Translations under genes and position numbers: made by a program
The notes under the pieces: model-generated
The model's input: the letters and a program-made list of their open reading frames with translations, nothing else
What the model was told of the DNA's origin: nothing
Database searches by the model: none
Source of the DNA: Thermoplasmatota archaeon
GTDB taxonomy: Archaea > Thermoplasmatota > Penumbrarchaeia > JANQNL01
Assembly: GCA_028279585.1 (NCBI GenBank)
Contig: JANQNL010000009.1
Span: forward strand, 9,024-73,023
Length of the DNA: 64,000 bases
Direction: 5' to 3'
Part shown: one piece after another, positions 9,196-17,981 of the stretch
How positions within the stretch are numbered: position 1 is the first letter of the stretch
Layout of the letters: each line of letters opens with the position of its first letter

Positions 9196-9570
9196 TCACT
9201 GTAGCCATTGTTCGGCTTCTTCCTTCGTGAGGAACACTGCTGCACGTATTCCACGATTAACGGTTACGTTCTCCCAGAACTTGGCCTGCTCGAGACCTTC
9301 ATCGGTGGTGATAACGGCGACCTTGAGGTTCGTGGGTGATCTCTCGGAGACGAGGACCCCGGTCTCGTAGCTTTCTATCATGGAGAGCTGGTAATCTGCC
9401 TCACTCTCGTCCACGATGATCTTTCGAAGGCCTGTGGTCATCACGACTTCGTGCATGCGCATTGCGTAATCTTCGAAGTCCTTGACGTCAACGACGGAGC
9501 CTTTGGCCTTGATGTAGATGATGTCATCGGTCTGGGTCAGACTGAAGTCGATAGGTATGCGGATCACCAC
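9196..9570 (-). CDS. STAS/SpoIIAA-like small protein
   Basis: KIIVD..KVAV..KFWENVTVNRG..F..EEAEQWL. Confidence 0.65.
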   Translation of the reverse strand: MVIRIPIDFSLTQTDDIIYIKAKGSVVDVKDFEDYAMRMHEVVMTTGLRKIIVDESEADYQLSMIESYETGVLVSERSPTNLKVAVITTDEGLEQAKFWENVTVNRGIRAAVFLTKEEAEQWLQ

Positions 9571-9620
9571 TCCAGGGGGAGGATGGGGGTGTGGGGAGAT
9601 AAAGTTAACGGGGTTGATTC

Positions 9621-10454
9621 TTATGAAAAATCAAATATCGACTGTTGATCTGATGAGAGACCATCTCCGGATCTGATCTGTTTAGGAGGATAGTACAATC
9701 CAATGATCAACCACTGACCATATTGGCTTTCTGTGCCCATGTAGAAATATAGGTTATGGTTCTTCATCATGTTAGATAGGAACTTATGATACAGCTTCTC
9801 CCAAAGTTCGTCCACATCGGAATATTGTGAACCCCAGGAACGATAAGCTTCCAATAGCTCCCAGTCCTCACATGTCATGCTATGTTTCTTTCCTTCTTTG
9901 CATCCATTACATATGAATTTATATCTGAATATATGGGGGATCTCAGTAATAATAGGGATCTTCTGACCACTCAGGTTCAAGATATGATCTCCACCTTTTG
10001 TATATATCTTCAGATCATCATCATGGGAAAAGTCGATGATCTCCTTGGGTTTTATCAGTCCAAGGGAGGTCCTATCTCTATCAAATCTCTCAGATAGCTC
10101 TTCGATAGAAGAAGCTAGTAAAGGCATGACTATCCGGTTTCTACCGTTCCAATCCTTTGTACCTCTGGGTGATGTTGTAGAAAGTGATCTGTCAACTATC
10201 CGAATGGACTCTTCTTTGACCTTGTAAGACTCCTTCCGACCTAATTTCTCACTGGCTTTTTTGCACTCAACCTCGATCCAGTCATATTTTGAGATCTTAC
10301 CAGGTTCAGAAAATGATCGCATCGTCAATGGGTAGAGGCGGATCCATTCACCATCATCAGTGATGCCAGCTGTGCATACAGCGGTACCATGTTTCTTACT
10401 GCGCTCTGGATAAGCTTTGACTGTGATCAGAACTCGTTTCTTTTCCCATGTCAT
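9621..10454 (-). CDS. DUF488-associated protein (dual-OB-like N-terminus)
   Basis: ITVKAYP..SKK.G..VCTAGITDDGEWIRLYP; C..C..H...C.DWE; ATGA overlap with the upstream DUF488 gene. Confidence 0.72.
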   Translation of the reverse strand: MTWEKKRVLITVKAYPERSKKHGTAVCTAGITDDGEWIRLYPLTMRSFSEPGKISKYDWIEVECKKASEKLGRKESYKVKEESIRIVDRSLSTTSPRGTKDWNGRNRIVMPLLASSIEELSERFDRDRTSLGLIKPKEIIDFSHDDDLKIYTKGGDHILNLSGQKIPIITEIPHIFRYKFICNGCKEGKKHSMTCEDWELLEAYRSWGSQYSDVDELWEKLYHKFLSNMMKNHNLYFYMGTESQYGQWLIIGLYYPPKQIRSGDGLSSDQQSIFDFS

Positions 10455-11272
10455 ATATCCGTTACCTCGCAACCGTTCTCTCTCAACCAGTCTGCTATCT
10501 GGCCTCTATGACAATAAGAAACATCTCCCTCAAAGCACATCAGAGCGATCTTGTGCTCTCGGCCTTTATCTATGAGGTCCATCAAATGCGCTTTCTTGCT
10601 CCCAAGATCCTTTCTGTAGACCTTGAAAAGGGCTTGATAATCCTCGAACATCCTAAGGTCCTTTCGCTTTCCAGACTCTATACCAAGCTGTGGCACATGT
10701 ATGTACCTGATGTCGAGTTTTGATAGACTGTTGACAAGATGCTTCTTTGAAAAACCATACTTCATGCTGAACGGATTGCGTCTGACATCAACCAGTATCT
10801 GGACCTTGTTCTGAATAAGCTTCATCAGGAATGCGTCGAAGGATATACCTTCGTAACCGATGGTCGTGATACCAACCTCGTCCCTTGAATAATCCTGACA
10901 ACACTTGTACTTGGAGAATATCGTATACTCAGGATAGTTCGAGTAAACATGCTCTAGGAGGTGGTCCTGGTCCATGCCTTCGAACTTTTTAAGGGTTGTA
11001 TCGATAGTAGCTCGGACTGGTGCTTTCGGGGACATCAGCGATGTCTGCTTGATGCTTATCTTTTCATCATCGCTTGCGATGAATCCTTTAGCTTGTAGAG
11101 ATGAGAGATCTCTATACAGTTCGAACGAGAAGGGGCCATAGTTGTACGGAACGAAGTCATAGAATTTGGCCACCCTTGAAGCAAGGAACATCAGTTTTAC
11201 AAGTTCCATCTTGTTGACTGGTGATGTCCTCTCGATGAGGTAAAGCAAGGCCTTCTGGTTGTTCCGCATCAT
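10451..11272 (-). CDS. Panacea/SocA-like winged helix fused to DUF488
   Basis: KMELVKLMFL..YDFVPYNYGPFS.EL; C-terminal TIGYEG..LVDVRRNPFS.KYGFSK..ALMCFE....CHR. Confidence 0.82.
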   Translation of the reverse strand: MMRNNQKALLYLIERTSPVNKMELVKLMFLASRVAKFYDFVPYNYGPFSFELYRDLSSLQAKGFIASDDEKISIKQTSLMSPKAPVRATIDTTLKKFEGMDQDHLLEHVYSNYPEYTIFSKYKCCQDYSRDEVGITTIGYEGISFDAFLMKLIQNKVQILVDVRRNPFSMKYGFSKKHLVNSLSKLDIRYIHVPQLGIESGKRKDLRMFEDYQALFKVYRKDLGSKKAHLMDLIDKGREHKIALMCFEGDVSYCHRGQIADWLRENGCEVTDI

Positions 11273-11566
11273 TCTATTGGTCCCCGAGGTCGATGTCCGA
11301 TCGGGGGATTGGTCACAGGAGGTAAGAACTTTCTGATTGATGGGGTGTTTTGGTTCAGCGAGCATGGTTATCGATCTTCTCCGTGGAATGGATAGATCAA
11401 AAGGGATATAAGGTTGGACAGGTGGGGTGGGTGAAAGTGGAAATGGGGTCGGAGGACGCACTTGTGATCAGGAGAAGATATCTTTTCAAGCCCATCGTAG
11501 TTAGTAGCTATTTGTCCCCACAGGGACAGTTTCTCAGATAACATTTGCCGGTGGGAAGATTGATAA

Positions 11567-11628
11567 TGGACTGCACCCCGCGCAGTGGACACTTTGATTA
11601 GCTTTTTCGACAATGGAGGTGAAGCATG
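11567..11628 (+). mobile_element. IS3-family left-end remnant (IRL + RBS + ATG only)
   Basis: TGGACTGCACCCCG..AGTGGACACTTTGATTAGCTTTTTCGACAATGGAGGTGAAGCATG, near-identical to 19318-19379. Confidence 0.7.
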
Positions 11629-11897
11629 ACCATTGATCCGATTATGCAACACATTACAATCAGTCCATTGACTCTCTTCATTTCCTCACCCTCAGTTACT
11701 TCATTTCTACAACTCAAAGGCCCTCAACGAAACGACTGGCCCCCCACTTCCCCCACGAACCTGTTTGGAGACGCAAGCCCGGGTTCCACAGGGGACCATA
11801 GAGAGCGATTATCACCATCACTTATACCTTGATTTGAACAAAAATTGGATAATAAGAACTCATCACAAAGCTCCAACACCCAACCCATCCTGCCCGG

Positions 11898-12061
11898 TCA
11901 CGTCGGCCCCATCACATCTTCCGACCATACCATGGGGCCCAGGACCTGTAGCGTCTCAGATCGATCTCACCGTCTGCTATCCAACGATACACACCGTGAC
12001 TGTCGAGTATGATGACCTCAGGCATCTCCCAGCCTTCACAGTATCCCCAGACGTAGAACAT
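11898..12061 (-). pseudogene. Frameshifted copy of the small YVWGYCEGWE protein
   Basis: MFYVWGYCEGWEMPEV..DSHGVYRWIADGE, then QVLGPMVWSEDVMG in another frame; matches 39762-39941. Confidence 0.7.
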
Positions 12062-12159
12062 CAAGATAAGGAGAAGGTTGTGTGTTAAAAGGTTATTGGT
12101 TCGATTTGCACACGTATGTGAAATGTTATTTCCTTTGGAAATACCCCTGCCTTTAAAGA

Positions 12160-12396
12160 TTCCGGTAATTTCCATTAGAACAGTAAATGGTTTATATACA
12201 CGAGCACAAAAAATACCTGGGGACCATGATGGTGTGATGTTGGTAGCTTGGTCCCCGTCCTTTTTCCAACCTGATTAGTCAGGTTTCGTTAGCGATATAC
12301 GATACAGATCTGGTCATATCTCGCTACCGACCTTCCCCCCTGAACCCGCCTTCACTAACGAAAGCGAACTTAGCAGCTGCTACCAATCCTCACCTA
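12160..12396 (+). repeat. Dispersed repeat module copy A (palindrome-promoter-hairpin-tail)
   Basis: CCGGTAATTTCC, CAGTAAA, TTTATATA, GGGGACCA(12219)..TGGTCCCC(12256), T-tract, then CTTAGCAGCTGCTACCAATCCTCACCTA shared with copy B. Confidence 0.8.
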
Positions 12397-13965
12397 AGTA
12401 TGTCTATTCACACCTGGAACTATCGGTATAAAATCCCCAAACCCAGAGCTGAATGTCTCGACGATCTCTGGAGCCTTCATCTTCGCTATCTCTTTCTTAT
12501 AGTATTGATAGTCCGCTGTTGAATTAAGGACCAATAATCTCTCATTGAAATACTTCATATAACTTTCATCTCGTAACTTACTCGCTATCTCAAGTCCGAT
12601 CTCTAGGATCTGCCGGTCCTTCTTTTCATCTTCCATCCTAATTGCACAATTCGACAGGATCAAACAACATTTCGCGGTATATCGGACGGTCGCCTGACTT
12701 TTGTGGATAGAAGACATCGCTAGTTCCCAATGCTTTTCCGATTTCTTCGTAGCTTCTAGGTACATATAGATCTCAGAAATGAATCCGTTCGTTACACCAA
12801 CTTCAAGTTCATCATTGATCGAGTTATATGATCGGCATGTTTCAAGAAAGGCTGTCAGCGCTGCTTTATAATGCTTGCCTTGGCGTTGAATATCCCCGAT
12901 GTGATGATGGCAAAGAGCCCGATCGGTCTGGTCAATTCCATACACCTTTGATGTTTCCTTCAACAATTCGATAGCGATGAGGGGCTTTCCAATTCTTGTC
13001 AGGCTATATGCTCCTCTTATCGAGTAATCGACAACACTTCGCGGTTGCCCTCTCTGCCATTCAAGATTTTTTTGTAAAGAACGCTTGATATCATCTTTGG
13101 TCAATCTATATGGGTGTGATCCTTTTAGAAGATTCAATTGCTCCTGTTCAGATTTCTTACAGAACCATCGTATGATCGTTGCCATTAGGGTGAAATAGTA
13201 GAATTCTTCTGTTAACATCGTTCCCTCTCGAATAGACTTTGCAAGACCCATATGCTCCTCATCGATTGTTATGTCTAGATCTTCTATCGCTTGAACGATC
13301 TTTTTTGTGAATTTATGAAACTCAATAACACCTTCTATCTCTTCAGGATTTATCAATCGAATTCCAGTATGGATACTTATGGCATGTTCTACATGATCTT
13401 GTGGAAGTTTTACTGCCTTAGTTGCCTTCTCAAGTGAGATCAGATCGTCCAGAAGTTCTATTCCGCATGATTCAATTGGTGGTAATCCAGAGAAAACAGT
13501 AGCGTATGGGCTCTCCCGGTGATCATGGGTGGAAACATCATTTGATCCATGTGGGTCAATAAATAATTCTGGATAGTAATCTCTCATTATACGATCCTGT
13601 TGTCGTGATGTCAATCCATTATGACCGGTTTGTTGCAGATATTTACTCACCCGAGAAATATCTTTTCTCGATGCGGTCTTTGTCAGTAAAAGATCCACAA
13701 AAATCATCACAGCCAATGTTTCCTGATGGTTTCCAGTCCAAGACACCTTCTTGATCTCTTTTCGTATATATCTATTAAAACCAGGATCGATCATTATTCG
13801 GTTTTGTAATAACTCAGATCGTAAGTATCCTGATAATATTTTCTTTTGATCAGCCTCAGAGGACCGATTCAGCTGATGGATCGTATACACCTTACGGCGA
13901 ATTTCATAATAGAAAAATCGTTTGGAATATTTGTTGGATTCATAAAGGATATCGATGTCATTCAT
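12394..13965 (-). CDS. AT-rich hypothetical protein with C-terminal TPR-like repeats
   Basis: Helical repeats ALCHHHIGDI..G.YKAAL..F / GVTNGFISEIY; AT-rich codon usage. Confidence 0.7.
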   Translation of the reverse strand: MNDIDILYESNKYSKRFFYYEIRRKVYTIHQLNRSSEADQKKILSGYLRSELLQNRIMIDPGFNRYIRKEIKKVSWTGNHQETLAVMIFVDLLLTKTASRKDISRVSKYLQQTGHNGLTSRQQDRIMRDYYPELFIDPHGSNDVSTHDHRESPYATVFSGLPPIESCGIELLDDLISLEKATKAVKLPQDHVEHAISIHTGIRLINPEEIEGVIEFHKFTKKIVQAIEDLDITIDEEHMGLAKSIREGTMLTEEFYYFTLMATIIRWFCKKSEQEQLNLLKGSHPYRLTKDDIKRSLQKNLEWQRGQPRSVVDYSIRGAYSLTRIGKPLIAIELLKETSKVYGIDQTDRALCHHHIGDIQRQGKHYKAALTAFLETCRSYNSINDELEVGVTNGFISEIYMYLEATKKSEKHWELAMSSIHKSQATVRYTAKCCLILSNCAIRMEDEKKDRQILEIGLEIASKLRDESYMKYFNERLLVLNSTADYQYYKKEIAKMKAPEIVETFSSGFGDFIPIVPGVNRHT

Positions 13966-14024
13966 TCTTTCACCAAAAAGGAAAATGAGACCGAAGTAAG
14001 TACCTCGGTCTCAATATATAACAC

Positions 14025-14174
14025 TCACTTGCCTCGAGACCGATGGTAGGCGCTATTGTTCGGATTCATCTGATTGCTTCGATTATCCATAGACGCCTGG
14101 TGTTCTGAGCTCGTGGGGTTATGACTATCTGATCTTTGATCGTTTGACGACCGTTCTTTTTCTGCCATTTCCAT
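14025..14174 (-). CDS. 49-aa DNRSNQxNPNN-motif protein (not in the ORF track)
   Basis: MEMAEKERSSNDQRSDSHNPTSSEHQASMDNRSNQMNPNNSAYHRSRGK. Confidence 0.7.
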   Translation of the reverse strand: MEMAEKERSSNDQRSDSHNPTSSEHQASMDNRSNQMNPNNSAYHRSRGK

Positions 14175-14352
14175 ATCCTGCCTTGATAAGACAATACTAT
14201 GTAGCCGTATGAATATAAACCGAAATCGGACATAAATCGGGTTTTTATAACGATTTGAAGAAAACTAGTTTTTGTTCGATCTACAACACCCATGGACCCA
14301 ATGCAAGGCCCCGCTTAGTCGCTGTTAGTTACAGATACACGCTCTACCATTA

Positions 14353-14682
14353 TCAGATCAGATTATTGAGTGGTTTATACTTCTGCCTCAACTGAATCTC
14401 AAGCAACCAGGCATTCTTGTCAGAGTTTGTGTACAACGCCTTCACTTTCGCCGCGCCATAGTCCTTGTTGCGCCGCATAGCGTCCTCTATCTCATCAACC
14501 ATCCGTCCAGGACCAGTCTTTCCAATGTACTTCACCTGATGGTTGATGTCACCAAAGACGTACACACCAGATCGACATTCGAGGTTCTCGTAATTATCCA
14601 GGATTATCCATTGAGAACACTCCACGACTTTCGGATCACGGTTATCAGAATCGCGCCACTGCATACTATCACATGAATGCAT
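14353..14682 (-). CDS. Stand-alone GIY-YIG nuclease
   Basis: GVYVF...YIGKT...LE..L..KYKPLNN. Confidence 0.75.
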   Translation of the reverse strand: MHSCDSMQWRDSDNRDPKVVECSQWIILDNYENLECRSGVYVFGDINHQVKYIGKTGPGRMVDEIEDAMRRNKDYGAAKVKALYTNSDKNAWLLEIQLRQKYKPLNNLI

Positions 14683-14966
14683 GAACTATGTTGTTATTTA
14701 GCTTGATTTGAACAAAAATCGGATGATCCATCTTTGTTTCACTTTATAAGAACGGATATATTGGTGATGAGATTTGCATAATTTGTGGTTTGGATGATTA
14801 TCAAACTTTTGTTCAAATGAGATTTAATAGCCATTTCCCCCTGATTTTATCTGGTCATCAGCGGCGAAAACTTGGATCATGCATCGAGCGGAGCGGTGGT
14901 CTTGAGGTGGATCTTTCCTTCACGATGGGGTCCTGATTCTTGATGATCTACAGTGAGGGGTTTAGT

Positions 14967-15560
14967 ATGACGTATACACACAACGAGGACGTGGTCATTA
15001 ATGGTAGTTTGACCTTAGATCATGGTACGGACGTGAATGAGTTTTCTACGGATACAACACTTGATGGAGATTCAAACGATGCAGTTCCAACCGAGGCTGC
15101 AGTGAAGGATTATATCGACAAGGCTTGCATGATCGGCTCAGCAAATGCAGCCTGGGTACCATGTGCTTTCGAGGGAACCAATCCAGAAGGATCAATGAGA
15201 TCTGGAGAGCAGATGGAGAACGTTGATGGAACGAACCATTATCCTAGGTACATGTTATGTCTACCTACCAACAGAGGTGGCAAGAAGCTCTATGTCAGCG
15301 GAGTAAGGGTTCTTGTCCAGGATGCTGATAATGATGACTATCTGAGCATGACCAAGGTCATCGGGATTACATATTCAGGATCTCCAACAGCTATTCTGAA
15401 CAGTAGTACCGATGTAAAAAGTGCCCAGAGGCATGAGAAGACATTTACTGCTACTGATTGTTCGAGTTACGACATGGTTGCAGTCACGTTGTATTGCTCT
15501 GTCACAACGGCATATGAGCTTGGGATAAGAGGTGTAACGGTCAAAGCATACTATGCTTGA
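14967..15560 (+). CDS. Protein with a phage tail-fibre-like repeat at its N-terminus
   Basis: VNEFSTDTTLDGDSNDAVPTEAAVKDYID motif; GAGGGG RBS before ATG 14967. Confidence 0.6.
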   Translation: MTYTHNEDVVINGSLTLDHGTDVNEFSTDTTLDGDSNDAVPTEAAVKDYIDKACMIGSANAAWVPCAFEGTNPEGSMRSGEQMENVDGTNHYPRYMLCLPTNRGGKKLYVSGVRVLVQDADNDDYLSMTKVIGITYSGSPTAILNSSTDVKSAQRHEKTFTATDCSSYDMVAVTLYCSVTTAYELGIRGVTVKAYYA

Positions 15561-15616
15561 TTATCCGAAAATTGTACAAATGTAATTATATACACTATTG
15601 TTCAATAGATGTTACA

Positions 15617-17440
15617 ATGAATAGAGCGGTAAAGCTGATTGGAGGATCGGTGATACTTCTTGTGTTATCGTCCTTCATTTTTCTTCTTTCGCCACAAGTC
15701 GAGGTTTCCCTGGGTGAAACTTGTACGACTGAGATCATTGTTGCTAAATCAGGTGGGGATTTTTCAAAGATTCAAGAAGCGATTGATAACGCATCAAATG
15801 ATGCAGCCATTTCTATCATGCCCGGAACTTACATCGAGAACATTGTGATCGACAAGTCATTGTCGTTGGTTGGTACGGACAGAAATGCTGTTTTTATTCA
15901 AGGCTCAGATGATGGTCATACAGTAACGATCGACTCTGAAGACGTTCTCGTATCCAACATCAGTATCACAGGAAGCAGTGATTCCGAATTCGACTCTGCT
16001 GTATATAGCTCATATAATAGAACCTCGATTCAACATTGCAATCTTAGATCACATGCAAATGGAATAATATTCGATTCAGTTCATACAGGGATAATTCAGA
16101 ATAACACCGTTTCTATGAACAATTTCTTAGGTGTTATGATAAAGAACTCTCAGTCAATTGAAGTATATGATAACAGAGTCGAATCAACGACAATGGATTA
16201 TGGGATTGAGATAAGAAAATCACATAATCTCATATTATGCAGAAATGACCTTATCAATAATGGAAGAGCAGGCATATACATGCAATCCTGCAATGATGCG
16301 TATATTGAAAACAATACTATCGAAAGGAACAAGAATGGCGCAATAATCAACTATTGCATGACTACATCCTTCCTCAATAATACCTTGAATGATAACGTGA
16401 ACGATGGTTTCCAAATATCTTCCTCTGACAACAATCACATTTCTAACAATGTTATTTCTAACACAACATCAAGACATGGACTATATCTCACAGTCAACTC
16501 CAACCACAACATCATCGCAAACAACACCATCACTCACAATAAACAATACGGCATCCTGATCACCGACTCATCCACCAACAACACAGTCTACAACAACACC
16601 TTCTACGGCAACAATGAGGACCGGGTCGAAGCATCGGACGAGGTGGGTTCCAACAAATGGGACAACGGAGCCATCGGAAACCACTGGGCCGAATGGACCT
16701 CGCCGGATAACAACGGCGATGGCATTGTAGACGCTCCCTACCCCATCGACGGAGGCATGAACGCACGGGACAGGTTCCCTTTGACCGTACCTCCACAAGG
16801 TACCGATCCAGACATCCGACCAGACACCAACGCCACACTCCATACCACAGATAATGAGTATCCGTTTGATTCGAATCCCAGGCTCATGATTGTTGGAGCG
16901 ATTCCGATCTTCACCATCCTCTTTATTCTCATTGCAGTCATTGTTCACAAGAACGAGGTCCTTCTGGTCCTCTTTTACAAGATATTAACAGCATGTTATT
17001 CCCGGATACAAAGGGATGAGCTGCTCAATCACAAGACCAGAAGCCGCATCTATGGAGCCATATGTTCCCAACCAGCCATCACCTATAGTGACCTCAAGCA
17101 CACGTACGATCTTAGAAATGGAACACTCACACATCATATCGTGAAGCTGGAAAAGGAGAAACTGATCAAGTCTGTAAATCGTGGGAAGAAGGTACATTAC
17201 TTCGATGTGAGAATAAAATATCCGGACAAGTATGTCCATCTCACAAGCCAGCAAAGTATCATACATTCAACGGTCGTTAAGAAACCTGGGATAAGTCAGG
17301 CAGATATTGGCAGAGAAACGGGGATGTCTGCTCAGAAGGTCAACTACCATGTTAAAAGGCTGAAGAAGAAGGGAATGATAATTATTGAGATCGAAGGACG
17401 GCGAAGTGAGTGTTACGATTGTTCTAATCGGCGAAGATAA
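15617..17440 (+). CDS. Membrane-spanning regulator: NosD-like beta-helix + TM + tandem winged-helix
   Basis: Signal anchor, F.KIQEAID, PbH1 repeats, GNHW..DNNGDGIVDAPY..DRFPL, TM, then LNHKTRSRIY..PAITYSDL and PGISQADI..VNYHVKRL. Confidence 0.85.
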   Translation: MNRAVKLIGGSVILLVLSSFIFLLSPQVEVSLGETCTTEIIVAKSGGDFSKIQEAIDNASNDAAISIMPGTYIENIVIDKSLSLVGTDRNAVFIQGSDDGHTVTIDSEDVLVSNISITGSSDSEFDSAVYSSYNRTSIQHCNLRSHANGIIFDSVHTGIIQNNTVSMNNFLGVMIKNSQSIEVYDNRVESTTMDYGIEIRKSHNLILCRNDLINNGRAGIYMQSCNDAYIENNTIERNKNGAIINYCMTTSFLNNTLNDNVNDGFQISSSDNNHISNNVISNTTSRHGLYLTVNSNHNIIANNTITHNKQYGILITDSSTNNTVYNNTFYGNNEDRVEASDEVGSNKWDNGAIGNHWAEWTSPDNNGDGIVDAPYPIDGGMNARDRFPLTVPPQGTDPDIRPDTNATLHTTDNEYPFDSNPRLMIVGAIPIFTILFILIAVIVHKNEVLLVLFYKILTACYSRIQRDELLNHKTRSRIYGAICSQPAITYSDLKHTYDLRNGTLTHHIVKLEKEKLIKSVNRGKKVHYFDVRIKYPDKYVHLTSQQSIIHSTVVKKPGISQADIGRETGMSAQKVNYHVKRLKKKGMIIIEIEGRRSECYDCSNRRR

Positions 17441-17482
17441 CCATTTATAACAGCATCTCCAACGCGTTGGATGAAGCGATGA

Positions 17483-17665
17483 TCACTCAACTCTTTCTAG
17501 GGTCATTGTCTCCCCAACCTCGAACCCATCCTCGATCAACAACATCAGCGTGGGAAGGTCCAGCCCAACCACCTTGATCGGCCTCTTGCCCTCCCTCCAG
17601 TCCTCACCATCCTTTCCGGGATAGCCGTAATACTTCTTTCCATCAAAAACTGTCCATGTGCTCAT
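17483..17665 (-). CDS. 60-aa small protein divergent from repeat copy B
   Basis: GGTGAT RBS then MSTWTVFDGKKYYGYPGKDG...LERVE. Confidence 0.55.
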   Translation of the reverse strand: MSTWTVFDGKKYYGYPGKDGEDWREGKRPIKVVGLDLPTLMLLIEDGFEVGETMTLERVE

Positions 17666-17771
17666 AACATCACCGGGTGTGAGATTGTGTTCTTGGATTA
17701 AAGGATTCTTGTTTGATAAGAAACTCGTTGAGGAAACCAACTTCGGTTTCAATTCCAACTTTATCTCAAAG

Positions 17772-17977
17772 TTTCGGCAATTTCCGATTGAACAGTAAAG
17801 ACTATATTTGATTTGAACCAAAAACGTCGCGGGGACCATATTGGTGTGATGTTTGTAGCCTTGGTCCCCATCTTTTCTTTTCAAACCTGACTAATTGAGC
17901 ATTGCTAACGATCTATCCTCCAAAACGCCCTCCTCCTAACGATCTACACCTTAGCACCTGCTACCGATCCCCGCCTA
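17772..17977 (+). repeat. Dispersed repeat module copy B
   Basis: TTTCGGCAATTTCCGA, CAGTAAA, CTATATTT, GGGGACCA(17831)..TGGTCCCC(17869), T-tract, CTTAGCACCTGCTACCGATCCCCGCCTA. Confidence 0.8.
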
Positions 17978-17981
17978 GCCC

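Noticed and set aside
11791-11820. Possible inverted fourth hairpin copy (TGATGGTG..TGGTCCCC on the minus strand)
   Set aside because: Only one stem arm and part of the loop match, with no promoter block; too weak to call.
13986-14013. 11-6-11 inverted repeat TGAGACCGAAG-TAAGTA-CCTCGGTCTCA as a dif/Xer site
   Set aside because: The arms lack the inner ATAA/TTAT of dif sites, and it lies between the TATA box and start of the TPR gene, so an operator or leader hairpin is more likely.
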